Below are positions 13,601-25,431 of a stretch of 64,000 nucleotides of DNA, one piece after another. Origin of the DNA: Balanoglossus misakiensis (taxonomy: Eukaryota; Animalia; Hemichordata); NCBI GenBank assembly GCA_040954595.2, contig CM082591.2:9165612-9229611 (forward strand), given 5' to 3'. The translations under genes were made by a program, and so were the position numbers. Each line of letters begins with the position of its first letter. Positions within the stretch are counted from its first letter, which is position 1. The notes beneath the pieces are model-generated. The model was not told where the DNA came from. It saw nothing but the letters and a program-made list of their open reading frames with translations, and ran no database searches.

Positions 13601-16600
13601 ATTAAAACACTCGATAAAATTATTATATTAACTTACTGTACAAAGACAAGTTATGCAGCCATCTTTGATTGTGTTCATATTCCTTATATACTGACCATCA
13701 TACAGACAATCTGCAAAGAATTAATAACACAGTGATCACATTTCGTGTAAAAAATCCATTCTGGTCAATCAGATTTCAGTTAAGGAGAGTATTACTAAAA
13801 CAGAAGTTATTCATAACCATTTGCCAAGTGAATGTTTTCAAGAGGTTTGAGAAAATACTATGCAGCCATGCACAGTTATCTATATCCACTAGATATGTTC
13901 AACTCAGCTGTAATTCATTAAAGCCCAAGTATTTCTCGTGTTTATCCATTTTTCATCATCGAAAATTGCCCGTTTTTCGCATACATTCATCATGGAATAC
14001 TACATAATGAAGATATAAGAAAGGTTTGGGCAATTGTAGCTACATGCAAGCCGTAAATATTGCCTGTAACACTTGAAATGATGCGTGGGTTTGTTTACGT
14101 TGCATTCCGTATATCAACAGAGCTCATTGTATTGTAAATTGTATGTAAATTGTATATGTTAATGAAATAAGAGAACACGAAAATTAATACTTGCAAAACA
14201 GTGGCCTCTCTCGATATTGCGAAAATTTCAACTCGCGAAAATAAAGTGTTCTTCAGTATGTCCGGACTGTGTTGTATGAATATATGTGTGTAGTAGCTGT
14301 TGCTGACCAATTGCAAAAGAAATAAAAGACTTTCGAATCTTGTTGGAACGACTTACCCTGACATGAGGGACAGCACATATCTTCATCTTGGAATGGAAAC
14401 ATGCAGTTCACCTGACATCTGATTGGTTGACAGTTGACATTACCAGATGTACATGTACACTCACTACAGCTATCTAGTAATGATGGGAATACAGCACCAT
14501 CTCTGTGATTTTCACCGCCATATGTACAACCTTCAAATAATGAAAATGCACGTCACAATAAGTATTTTTATGGACACTTTCCCATTTGGAGCTCAACGCT
14601 ACTCATGACAGAAATATTCTATTGCTTACATATGTAAGATGCTAGAAAAGTTAAGTGGCAATGATATACAAATGTACATGTGTGCCAAACCAGAATCTCT
14701 TGTTGCAAAATTTGTATACAATCAATGCCATGAGGCAATGAGGCAGTGTACTGTCCTAACAACAGACAAGATGGTGGCGACCAAAGTCTGTGTCGGAGAT
14801 CGGGGAAAAGACAGCAAATTGGGTGAAAAGAAGGGACAAAATTAAGGCTGCATTCACAAACACCTCTGGAGGGGGGGGGGGGGGGCGGGAGAATTCAATT
14901 TTTTTTACCGCTAATTTTCACATGTCCCCCGTACTTAACCCGAATATTTTCAAATCCCCCCCTTCCGAACTGCCAAAATTTTGAAATCCCCCCCATTTTC
15001 TTTCACAGAGCAAAACACATCACCTACCTATGTTGTAAAAAAGAAAAACAGCGCTCCCATGAAAAGAATTTAAAACTGATGTTTCCCCTAATCAGTGGGT
15101 ATTAAAACTGAACATTGTTTTTATTTTTTAAGTATGTGTATTCTGTTTTGGGAGACATTGTAAACCGAGAATTGAAGGGGGTGGGTTTGGGAGGGGGTGT
15201 CCCCCTCCCACATAAGAAAATTTTATAAAATACAGAGCTCAAAGCTGCATTTTAATGAACCCGGCAAAAGCAAATTAACTTAACTACCGGTATGTTGGGG
15301 AGGACAAATTTAACCGTCGCCGCTCAAAGTTATCATGGGGTGGGGGCAAGTCCCCTGACCTGGGACACTAGTTAAACCAGTCCATGATTGAAAGGTGTTG
15401 ATGAATGGAGGGGGTGGGTGAAAATTTTGTAAAATAAAGGGCGCGAAACTGCATTTCTGTGGACTCAAAATAAATATTTAGTCGTCAAAGTTTTCAAGTC
15501 CCCCCTTTCAGTCCCTAAATTATTTCAAATCCCCCCTTACATACCCTCAATTTTTTCAAATCCCCCCTCAATTCTCCTGCCACCCCCCCCCTCCAGAGGT
15601 GTTTGTGAATGCAGCCTAAAGTCTACTTATACAGTGTAAATGAAAGATGGAAGGAAGCAAAGGCAGCCCACTATTTGAATGTGTCAAATGCAAAATTTGC
15701 AGAACATTTGGATTGGATATAATGTTTGTACACACAAAAATTAAGCACATGCGCATAAGATGATCCTCAACCTTTAAATGAAACTATCTTTAAGACTGAG
15801 ACATTTAACAACCTCCTTACAAATTACATGTAAATAAAAGTCCAACCAACTGATCAAGTCCACCATAACACATCAAAAACATGTAAAATGGATCAGGCAC
15901 ACCATTAGTAACACTTGAACTAGTATTTTGACAAAAGAGTTAATTTTGCTTTGTGACTTACCATTACAATCTGGGCAACATTGATTTTGTATGACAATTG
16001 GGTTGTTACATGACTCTGTACATGTTACAGTGGTACATGTTATCTGACCATCAATCTAAAGATGAAAAATCACAAACATTTTAGAACGGTTGTGTACAGT
16101 TTATATTTCACAAAGTTCTCCAACTTTGTTATACGGTTGCTGCAAATGACTACTGTAAAACGCTTTATTTTCGCGAGTTGAAATTTTTGCAATATCGAGA
16201 GAGGCCACTGTTTCGCGAGTATTAATTTTTGCGTTCTCTTATTTCATTCACTGCATCGTTATCTTTAAAAAAATTACGCGACTTTTTATTTTCATGCTAT
16301 TTTGGCTCTCGCATATATTTCGCGTAAATTTATTGCTCACGAAAATAACATGTTTTACAGTATTTTGTAGTAGAAAGCAAGACATAGATATGACCAAACT
16401 CCTGACCAGTAACCCTAAATTGTTTGAGGTATGTACGAGGTCAGATCTACATAGTCGACATCCAACACATTCTCAAAAAAGTGAAGTCTGCTCCAAGGGT
16501 TTGCATCAAGCAATCAGTTGCACCTTTTGTTTAATACACAGAAATGACTGAACTGTGAAGAATTTGACCAATCAGAAATCTTGTTAGATCTGTGCTACTG

Positions 16601-19600
16601 CATTCTGTGTTCTTACCTGACAAGTACAGCTCTGGCATGGATCATTCCTCTTAAACCGCGTCTGTCCAAATGGATAGCTGATTCCGGACGCATCTACACA
16701 TCCCGGAAGTTGGTTGCATGTCGAGCAGCATTGTCCGGGCAGGAATGTCTGAAACTTGATTGCACAGGGAAGTTCTGGACACAGTACAGGTTTACATCCT
16801 ATTTGTCCATCCTGTAATTAAACAATTGCAGATTGCTACTGATGCAATAAGGACAACATAAATAATTCTTTGTTTTGCGTCTTTCCATAAGGTACTATAC
16901 TTATGCCCAGTTGCACAATGATCACTTCACAGATGATGCTTTAAGTTCCCGCATTCCAAAGCATGAACTAACAACGAAATTACATTTTGGAAGTCAACTG
17001 CTGTGGCTGAAATACATTAATATCAGATGGAACTACAGACTGAAGTAAAAATCATAATGACTATACAACTGCCATTGAAGAATGCAATAAGGCCAACATA
17101 AATAAATTCTTTGTTTTGCGTCTATTCATAAGGTACTCTACTAATGCCAAGTTGCACAATGATCACTTCACAGATGATGCTTTAAGTTCCCGCATTCCAA
17201 AGCATGAACTAACAACACAATTACATTTTGGAAGTCAACTGCTGTGGCTGAAATACATTAATATCAGATGGAACTACAGACTGAAGTAAAAATCATAATG
17301 ACTATACAACTGCCATTGAAGAATGCAATAAGGCCAACATAAATAAATTCTTTGTTTTGCGTCTATTTATAAGGTACTATACTAATGCCAAGTTGCACAA
17401 TGATCACTTCACAGATGATGCTGAAATCATTGTGGACATACATGTGCATGGATGGAAGGACAGACAGACCTCTATAGGGGGAACTGGGTTGAGAGGGTGA
17501 ATAGACATGTACTTACTGAACACCAACAAATTGTACAGTTCTGATTGGCTTGTTTTAACGTCTCACCACTTTGAAATTCATTACCATCAAAGAAACAACT
17601 TGCTGGGAATATACAATAAAAAAGATAACATTGCAACACAATCAGCAAATGATAGACATAATGGTTAGAAATACTGTATAGTACCAAATTGAACTCCAAT
17701 GTACATTGATCACATACTGTAAAACACTTTATTTTCGCGAGCAATAAATGTTCGCCAAAATAGTGTGAAAATAAAAAGTCGCATAATTTTTTTTAAAGAT
17801 AACGATGCAGTGAATGAAATAAGAGAACGTGAAAATTAATACTCGCGAAACAGTGGCCTCTCTCGATATTGCAAAAATTTCAACTTTCGAAAATTAAGTG
17901 TTTTACAGTTGTAATGCGATGTTTGGACAACCAATTCAAAATCTCTACATTATTTTTTCTTCTTCCAATTGCAAAGTAACAACAACATACAACATGACAT
18001 TTTATGTTTTACTATTCACCAATCTGATTAAAATCAGATGTAGGGAACAGCGACTTGGTTTTTTTTATGCTGTCGCCTCACACTACATCTGACCAACTCT
18101 CAATGGAGATCCCGCTGAACTCTACCAAATTTACTGGGACCAATTAGAAGGCGCCTTATAGCAAATGATAGGCAACCCACAATCACATGACCCGGCCCCT
18201 TGCGGTTGTTACCATGGAGCTACCACAGACATATATCCCGGGCGCGAGAGTCGAATCAGCGTGGGGAATGGTTTCGAGCCAGTTCAGCGTGACGACTGAA
18301 CCTCTATATTCCACCGGTCAACGAAATGTATAAGACGTGGCAACAAGTCGCAGTAAAATTGTTAGATAATCGATTACATTTGTGTAAGGCCGTCCCAGAG
18401 AGAGATTCTGTCGCCACGATCGTTTGTATACACCAGAGTGTATCGACCGACTGCATAGTGCACTGACTTGACTAGCTCTGCATGCAGGTCTGTGTGTTCC
18501 CGGCGTTACACGGATGTTAGAATAAGTTAATCGCATCATATTTGGTGTCAGTTAAAGTAGACAGGGAAAGGATTTTGCACAGATTTCGACAGAAAAAGCT
18601 GCGGTCGAGCGTCCGGGTCCGGACCGCAGACGCACCAGTTTTGTCTATGGGGCCTTATGCATACGATGACGCCAAACAAAGAAAGATGTCATGGGATTAC
18701 ATGTAATTGTTCACAAGAGAAAGCCAATCTGTCGTATTCTGTGCGATACTCGAAGTCAACAACAAAATTTCTCCCATCTCCCAGTGCAATTCTTTAGTCT
18801 GCATAACAGTCAATCTGATTGGCCGGGTCGGAATGCGCGATTTCAGCGGGATCTCCATTGAGAGTTGGTGAGATGTAGTGAGGGGCGACAGCATAAAAAA
18901 AACAAGTCGCCGTTCCCTACATCTGATTTTAATCAGATTGACTATTCACTACATATCATTAGATCAATCAATAGATTTCTGTCACCTTACATATCTCTTC
19001 CAGTAACTGCAGGAGAATCTATTGTAGTAAAGCCTCTAGAGCTGCCACTTTTGCATTATTTTCATGATTTTATTTTCCAGCTTAGATTGGTTCATCTAAA
19101 TAAGTTTACTGATTGGTATACATGAACACTTTATCGATGCCCGATTGTGGCTGTATGTAGCGATTCGAAAACATATACATGAACATCCATACAAACCAAG
19201 AGAAGACATACTGATGCAAATACAAGTTACATGGCTTAATGGTGAGAATTTTAAAGGATAGGGAAAAGGTTTGAAGTATTTTATTGTGGAAAAAAATGTG
19301 TGAAATTTGGCAGCTCTAGAGGCTTTAAATGGTATGGTAAGATCCACATACTGAGAATGCGGAAGAAATGGTTCTCAATATTTCCCTGAAGTTCTGAATA
19401 ACTAATCAAGAGAAAATTTCAAAGTCACCTTCACAGACCGGACAGCATGGTCCCTGGATGGGATTTGCACACGTCACCAAAAGACAGTCCTGAACCAAAC
19501 ACATCACACTGCCTTTCTGGAACAGAGAAAATACATATCATATGAAAGGAGATGCTTCAACATAACTTGTCAGTCAACTAAAATAATAAGCCAAACGTTA

Positions 19601-21214
19601 CAGATAGTAGACTTTTGATACAAAAATAAAATCTAAATATGAGACTAGAGCCGTAATTGATGAATTTAGTACCACATGAAATCAAGACATACTAGACATT
19701 GTGCCAAAAAAACAGCACAGCCGAACAGGGTAGCAGCCATGGTGACCTTTGTGGAACTGGTCACCAAATGGTAATGAGTTCAACACAGTTCGATCACTTC
19801 ATGGGGATATTCTTTCTGACCAGAGGAACAGTGACATGTGATCAGAAATTGACCAATCAGAATGCAATCTTAAGTATAAATGTATCTCATGTGATCAGAA
19901 ATTGACCAATGCAGTCTGTCTGGTACTTACCAAACATTGACATTGTGAACATGTGTTGTTCGGATCAATAAATATTTCACCGTCATTTGAAATATAACCA
20001 TTGTATAAACATTCTGTTGAAAAGAAATAATGAAAAACATTATCAGGGTAGATGTCTTGGAATAAAAAAAATTACATTAAAAATTGCAATTAAATATATG
20101 TTGGCACATTTCTCGCTACCTAATTAAACAATATTTTGTTTGTAAACTGTCTGTGTTTGGACATTGCGGAATTCTTAGGGTCAGGATTACATTTAACCAT
20201 CAACAATAACAAGGCTGGGTATACGAAAGATAAAATTTTGTTATTTTAATAGCTGAATGTAATTTTCTTTCAAATTTTATCGACCTGGAAATGGATTATA
20301 GTATATCATTCCATGGTAGCATGAGTTTCTGCTTTACTACAAATTCATTCTCCCAATCCTGACTAGATTTGAGATGCAGATCATCCTTATGTAAATGAAT
20401 GCTTCATCAATAAACTTGATGACACAAAAGATCTAACTACATGTTCGGTTACCTTGACAACTATGACAACAATGTCCAGGGTTGGGCAATGGATGTGTGC
20501 ATTCATGTTTACATATCTGTTTGACACAAGTTACAATTCCTTCACTACAGGTACAGATTTCACATTCATCAACAGGACTGGTCCATGTAGAATTGTGGTG
20601 ATATTCTATATTGTTGAATACACAACCTATAGCACAAAAAGATTCGTTTGGAATCAATTATTCTTTGGAAATAATTACCAAGAGCTTTATAATTTTGATT
20701 AAAACCCTACCACTACTGGGCATCATACCCGTTTAGAGTGTCAAGGCCCTTAAAATATATATGTGCCCTTTTTCTTCTTAAATGTATTTTGACTGTCTTA
20801 ATTGGCATGGCTCTCTAACGTACTTAAACAAACTTGGCAGTCTGAGCCCCTGTAAAATGTACCAAATCGCACTGGTTTGCACTGTATTGGTCTGAGGGTC
20901 TTGTATAGGCCCTACTGAGTAACACACACTTGGCAGTCTAACAGGTCTGGGTGCCAGGATTCTAGGCACCCTGGTAATCAAACCAGATTTAACCGACATG
21001 CCGGTGTTAGCGTTAGAATGGAAAGTTGCCCAAAATTGCAACCATCATTATCTTCATACGACCAATCCTCTGAAATCAATAGGGCTGTATATCACGGAGA
21101 AGTATCTGATGGCTTCAATTACTAACCTTTACAATGTGGACAGCATTCACCCACAATTTGTTCTGTATATTGGCATGGCAATACAGGGCACTGAGTACAT
21201 GTGATAACATTATT
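1659..21214 (-). CDS. Kielin/chordin-like (KCP/BMPER-type) von Willebrand factor type C repeat protein; partial, 22 exons, probably disabled
   Basis: GT-AG exons with matching phases, read by hand: 21214-21127, 20626-20453, 20013-19931, 19516-19429, 17602-17517, 16811-16617, 16055-15962, 14530-14357, 13710-13637, 13173-13074, 12480-12392, 10492-10316, 9594-9501, 9134-9044, 8371-8198, 7280-7193, 6795-6695, 6333-6234, 5370-5279, 3291-3154, 2514-2416, 1710-1659. They encode about 13.5 VWC modules (CxxCxC..G.v.C...C...C......CCPxC), e.g. GCVFNNIEYHHNSTWTSPVDECEICTCSEGIVTCVKQICKHECTHPLPNPGHCCHSCQ. Exon 9134-9044 has a 5-bp duplication giving TGA. No start codon or signal peptide exon was found. 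Confidence 0.85.
2588..2890. repeat. Dispersed repeat, possibly a piggyBac-like MITE remnant (second copy about 20699-21015)
   Basis: Starts ttaa|ccct. The internal cttggcagtctg...tgtattggtctgagggtcttg is shared with the 20.8 kb copy. Confidence 0.4.
3601..4900 (+). mobile_element. Helentron-associated non-autonomous element (HINE/DINE-like) with microsatellite and three ~240-bp tandem repeats
   Basis: 5' hairpin aggtcccat...atgggacct, then a (gatg/tatg)n microsatellite at 3660-3705. Tandem units start near 4141, 4381 and 4621. The 3' end is cttgggacc...gctgcttgcag followed by a T-rich flank. Confidence 0.6.
4979..5190. mobile_element. TA-flanked MITE (Tc1/mariner-like ends), family B
   Basis: tactgtaaaaca...tgttttacagta. 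Other copies at 10522-11903 (interrupted), 16151-16362, 17714-17910, 33968-34172 and, partially, 14160-14258. Confidence 0.7.
5459..6092. mobile_element. Two adjacent related TTAA-flanked MITEs in opposite orientation, family C
   Basis: ttaaaggcaatagatc...ggtgctttaa followed by ttaaagggcagtgatcatc...gatcattggccttt. Shared core caagatggtggc/cgccaccatcttg. Relatives at 14670-15778 and 47455-47745. Confidence 0.55.
7325..7760. mobile_element. Non-autonomous TIR-like repeat (inverted copy at about 26520-26890)
   Basis: gccttaaataggttttcactttgcgctagggg...; the track ORFs at 7228 and 26644 share the same spurious peptide (VALNRFSLCARGSNH...). Confidence 0.6.
10661..11830 (+). mobile_element. Helentron/HINE-like element inserted into a T-run inside a family-B MITE
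   Basis: 5' hairpin agggcccaagcgc...gcgcttgggccct, a (cttt) microsatellite, internal ~160-bp repeats (ggcggccatattggatttt x3) and 3' ttgggccc...gctgcttgcagc. The flanks rejoin as gcgactttt|tattttcatgctattttggc, as in the intact copy at about 16280, with no TSD. Confidence 0.7.
14846..15616. mobile_element. PIF/Harbinger-like non-autonomous TIR element with TAA TSD, nested in a family-C MITE
   Basis: taa|ggctgcattcacaaacacctctggaggggggg...ccccccctccagaggtgtttgtgaatgcagcc|taa. The empty site in the 5940 copy reads gggacaaaactaaagtc. Confidence 0.75.
16842..17422. repeat. Intronic tandem repeat, ~241-bp unit x ~2.4
   Basis: atgcaataagg(a/c)caacataaat recurs at about 16842, 17082 and 17323 with near-identical units. 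Confidence 0.85.
18016..18944. mobile_element. Non-autonomous TIR element with ~105-bp TIRs, Academ-type TAG terminus
   Basis: caatctgattaaaatcagatgtagggaac...ctctcaatggagatcccgctgaa is inverted at the right end (...ctacatctgattttaatcagattgacta). Short relatives at 36660-36771 and 39905-40035. Confidence 0.7.
19028..19328. mobile_element. TTAA-type MITE (partial copy at 52745-52890)
   Basis: aaagcctctagagctgcc...ggcagctctagaggctttaa. Confidence 0.6.
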
Positions 21215-21495
21215 CTGAAATACAACATGACAATTATGGAGAACAAATGAAGTCATTGTGAATACCTGGTGTTCATATAGAATATAAAATGAAGAAGCGT
21301 TTTTTTTTCAAAATAGGTTAAAATCACTCATGATTTTCATGAAAATATTAAATCAAGCACTACCGATGTCATACCATTTAAAGTTTCCGGTAGATCAATA
21401 AACGAGTCTTGACCATGAGGACCTCACGGTTTTGTACTGTAGTCATGTACGTACTAGCATTTAAGGTATCACTCATCAAATAATTTCTTGCCATA

Positions 21496-22112
21496 TTAAA
21501 GGGGAAATCCGCTGTAGCTGATTTCTACATAATTTGGTAGCTTTGATGTCTCTCTTTCAGAAAAAAACATATTCGCCATGTATAGGTCGCGCGATTTTTT
21601 ACAAAATCTAGGGAAAGTTGGCAGAATTTCCAATATGGCGTTTACTGTAATTTGAATCATGGGAAAAAAAGCGCCAGGAGCAACTTCCGCCCACCATGGT
21701 GTGGGTGATACCATTCTCCGATTGGTGTCACTGGGCGACAGACTAGGCGTATTTTCATAGCTATTGTTTGTTCTTTGCATCAGTTGATAAACAATCATCA
21801 GCAAAGTCGAAAATTTGTCATCTATTGACAGTTTTCATGAGCTATAACCCATGAAAAATATGCAAATACGCTTAGCTTGTGACACAGTGACACCAATCGG
21901 AAAATGGTATCACCCACACCAAGGTGGGCGGAAGTTGGTCCTGGCGCTTTTTTTCCCATGATTCAAATTACAGTAAACGCCATATTGGAACTTTCCCTAG
22001 ATTTTGTAAAAAATCGCGCGACCTATACATGGCGAATATGTTTTTTTCTAAAAGAGAGACATCAAAGCTACCAAATTATGTAGAAATCAGCTACAGCGGA
22101 TTTCCCCTTTAA
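21496..22112. mobile_element. ~617-bp near-perfect palindromic Kolobok-type MITE, TTAA TSD (relative at 45667-46137)
   Basis: ttaa|aggggaaatccgctgtagctgatttctac...gtagaaatcagctacagcggatttcccct|ttaa. The TIR extends about 230 bp, producing mirror-image ORFs on the two strands (21496 minus, 21924 plus). Confidence 0.85.
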
Positions 22113-22139
22113 TATCCTGGTCAACATAATGTCTGCTAT

Positions 22140-23881
22140 TGTGTATAAGTGCTCGAATTTTACTGTCATTTTTTCTTGTTGCTGCCTCCCTTAATGTGTT
22201 GTCCGCACGCAATTGCTGACAACGAACTAAAGGAGCTCTTGTCCTACTTCCCTTCATGTACTTGGTGGTGGAGCAAAATATGCAAATATGATCGTACACC
22301 CGAGACCCTTGTATGCTCGACCTCTTTTCACGTTCCAGTGTACTGGTTCCTTCAGTTGATGACGACTGCTCTTTTGAAAGGATAGATTCAAGAGCCTTTT
22401 TCATCGTAAAGAGACTTCGGCATTTCCGATGGTACTGCACCTGAGGAATTTCACCTTCGCCCAAACCAATGGCGAGGTCCTGAATTGGTTTGTATTTTTG
22501 TATGTTAGCTGTATTCAGCAAAGTTATCCAGGAGGGGTGATCTTGTAGAGTAACGAGGCTTGCTTTATGGTCGGATTCATGACAGTCGAGAAAACAATCC
22601 CATCGAGCCCTCTTGTGTGGAATAGAAGATGGGCTTGCCATTTTTTATTTATTATACTGGACCTGAATATAAATAGATCATGCTCATATTGTGTTGAGGA
22701 AAAAAAATAAGCAGATTTTTGAACCTTTGCTTGGCTTGTCATCTGCTGTGCCTGTACACTGTAGGATGGTATCCAACAATAATACACAATCAGAGCTACA
22801 ATGCTATAATGGCCCCTTCTCGTAGTATTGTTAGGAATCATCATACAAGTACAGTGCACATGAGCAGCATGCAAAGGTTCACAAATCTGCACATCCGTTC
22901 TCCTAAACACCATATGTGCATGTTCAGTTGGGTGTATACTTACCTGTTAGATGGCCAAACCTACCCCAAAATCCGTGGGAATTGTTTGTTATTATCCCGT
23001 TTCTCTACTCATTTTTTTCTGATTTTCATTGATTAATAGGGTCTTCAATTGGTCCGGAAAAAAATGGTATAGAGTATTTTATCTCATAAATGACATTTGA
23101 AGACTTGGGTTTAAACAATTAATGCGGGAAATGTTCGTACCATAATTTTTCAAAATTACCCAAATCTTGTGATCTTTTGACCTCTTTGACCTAAATTCAG
23201 AACAAAATTGCAACAAATACATATACAATCGCTAGAGTGCTAAAAAAACCACACAATGTGAGAGGTAGATGACTGTTCTGGCTTTATTTTTGCCGGAGTT
23301 ACAACTACTTAAGTTTCCCCTACCCCAATATCAGGGTCTGAAGTCTTGTGCCATTCTTCCGTATCTCTGTATTTGTGTTTTTCTGATCGTAATTGAATAA
23401 TAGGTTTTTTTATTGGTTTGAAATAGATTCTGGGAGAGTATTTTATCTTCTAAATGACATTTAAAGACTTAAGTTCAAAAAAATCGTTCAAGAAATAGTC
23501 ATACTACAAATGTTCAGAATGACCCAAATTTCATGACCTTTTGACCTCTATTGACCTCAATTCAAAACGAATTACCACCAAAATATATTATATTGGTAGA
23601 GTTCTAAGAAACACACAATTTGAGTGGTAAATGACTGTTCTGGCTTTAGTTTTGCTGGAGATACAGCAATTTAAAGTTCCCCTACCCCCAAAATTTGGGT
23701 CGGAAATTTTTATGTTCTTACATTAGTTTTTGAGGGAAAAAATGCAGAAAGCTACTCGATAGGCAGGGCTATCACCCCAATTTATAATCTAGAGATATAG
23801 GCCTTTCCAAAAAACCACATGAGGCTTTGTCCATCTTTGTGATACCAATTCATGAAAAATCGGGTCCTGGCCCATGGACTA
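22140..23881 (-). mobile_element. 5' part of an Academ DNA transposon with truncated transposase N-terminus (22140-22641)
   Basis: Minus-strand terminus TAGTCCATGGGCCAGGACCCG at 23881 (Academ-type TAG end). The ORF has SW.TLL..A.I, YHRKCRSLFTMKK, CIFC..KY.KG.RTR and ADNTLREAA..KND motifs, recognised from memory as the Academ N-terminal region. The ORF stops abruptly. Subterminal ~360-bp direct duplication at 23040-23700. Confidence 0.7.
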
Positions 23882-24029
23882 TATCTACCACCGCACAAAC
23901 CGATTACGTGCCTAGCTTCACTATTCACAGCCGTACGTATCACTGTTACCGATCAGGCCTAAAGAAATACGCGTCGGCAAAAAAGTTATAAAAGTCGCCG
24001 AAAATTCGAGTGACAATGCGAGATTTGAC

Positions 24030-24425
24030 TCGAAATGCCTTGAATGGCACACTAAATTTGTCATTCAATGTAAAAACTCACCTCAAAAGTTCGTTTTCAC
24101 TGTGATTCCCTTAAAAATCGCCTCAGCAACGTTTGTGTTCAGCTCTTAGATCTGATATGTCAGCTGACCTAAAGTTTTACCTTTTGACCCCGTGACCTCG
24201 CGCAGAGCGTCATGGGTATCTGGAACTGGCGCACTAAATTTGTCATTCAATGTAAAAACTCACCTCAAAAGTTCGTTTTCACTGTGATTTCCCAAAAAAT
24301 GCCTCAGCAACGTCTGTTTAGAATGCGTTTCTGCTCTGATCTGCTAGACCTGAAGTTGTACCTTTTGACCCCGTGACATCGCGCAGAGCGTCATGGGTAT
24401 CTGGAACTGGCGCACTAAATTTGTA
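24030..24425. repeat. ~185-bp tandem duplication upstream of the HIRAN ORF
   Basis: cactaaatttgtcattcaatgtaaaaactcacctcaaaagttcg occurs twice; gcgcagagcgtcatgggtatctggaactggcgcactaaatttgt occurs twice. Confidence 0.8.
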
Positions 24426-24693
24426 ATAGAGTCAGCCATATTTTGTCTATTGATCAATTAATACAGGAAGTTTTTGACTTTGTAAATTTCACACATATTT
24501 GCTAGCTACTTTGTCTTTCTTTCTATTGTGGAGTGTTGAACAAGAAACTACAGTTGATATACTGAACAGAAAGGGACAATTAAATAGCCCAAAGTTACAT
24601 ATAATGGAGCCTTAATACAACATGTATTCTGTACACTCTTTTTCAGTCTGTGAATCTTGAAATCAAAGTAACGGGACTGGAAGACGCTTTGGA

Positions 24694-25431
24694 TTGGACA
24701 TTGCCATGCTGTCCTGTTATTACACGTGGTTTACGTATTGTGAAGATCATCGCACCCAGTCTTCTCCATTTGCTGACATGTCACATGGTGTAATTAAACT
24801 ATCAGATGAAAGACTCAATGTTTTTAACATGCCATCACTGATAAAGTGTTCGAAGAGTGATTGCTGTATTGTAAATATCAATGGTAGATCCTTTTTAATG
24901 TTGTGGAAGTGGACTATTGTAAATGACAACACAAATTCACTAGCTGATTCTCTTGAGTTAATGTCTATTTCCAGTGTTAGTAGTGACACTGCTAATATAG
25001 GAAGAATTAATAACATTGATGATGAAGATGATCCCAATAATATTGAACACAGTGTGCCATTCAAGGTGTTAGGGGTATGTCATGACAGGAGAAGACAGGA
25101 AATTCTTGAGAGTGGCTACATTAGACTCTATGATCAGAAGCTTCCTGTTAAAGCATGCTTATGGCCAGATCTTACAAACAAACTGGACAAGAATGCAATT
25201 GCAGTCGACTTGGATGTGGGCAATGGATGGCAACATATTGGCTTTATACCAAGTGAATTAACAAAATATGTTCACAAACCCTTAACGGAAGGCAAACTTT
25301 CAGTATCTGTTGATCACATCAGGTTTAGGACACCATGGATGTTAGTTGGGTTTTACGTGAAGATAACTATAACCAAAATACACAGCATGTGGGAGGAATT
25401 TGTTTTCATGAAAAATAAAAAAGTGCTCTGA
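24694..25431 (+). CDS. HIRAN-domain protein (transposon-associated; true start uncertain)
   Basis: 245-aa ORF with an acidic linker (IDDEDD) followed by VPFKVLGV..., L.PD.TN.LD.NAIAV...WQHIGFIP.EL. This matches the HIRAN signature (F.V.G ... EPxNxxDxNAIxV ... IGYxP). Confidence 0.7.
   Translation: MDIAMLSCYYTWFTYCEDHRTQSSPFADMSHGVIKLSDERLNVFNMPSLIKCSKSDCCIVNINGRSFLMLWKWTIVNDNTNSLADSLELMSISSVSSDTANIGRINNIDDEDDPNNIEHSVPFKVLGVCHDRRRQEILESGYIRLYDQKLPVKACLWPDLTNKLDKNAIAVDLDVGNGWQHIGFIPSELTKYVHKPLTEGKLSVSVDHIRFRTPWMLVGFYVKITITKIHSMWEEFVFMKNKKVL

Noticed and set aside
16842-17422. Repeat arrays as CRISPR-like
   Set aside because: Long contiguous tandem units with no unique spacers, in a eukaryotic intron; no cas genes.
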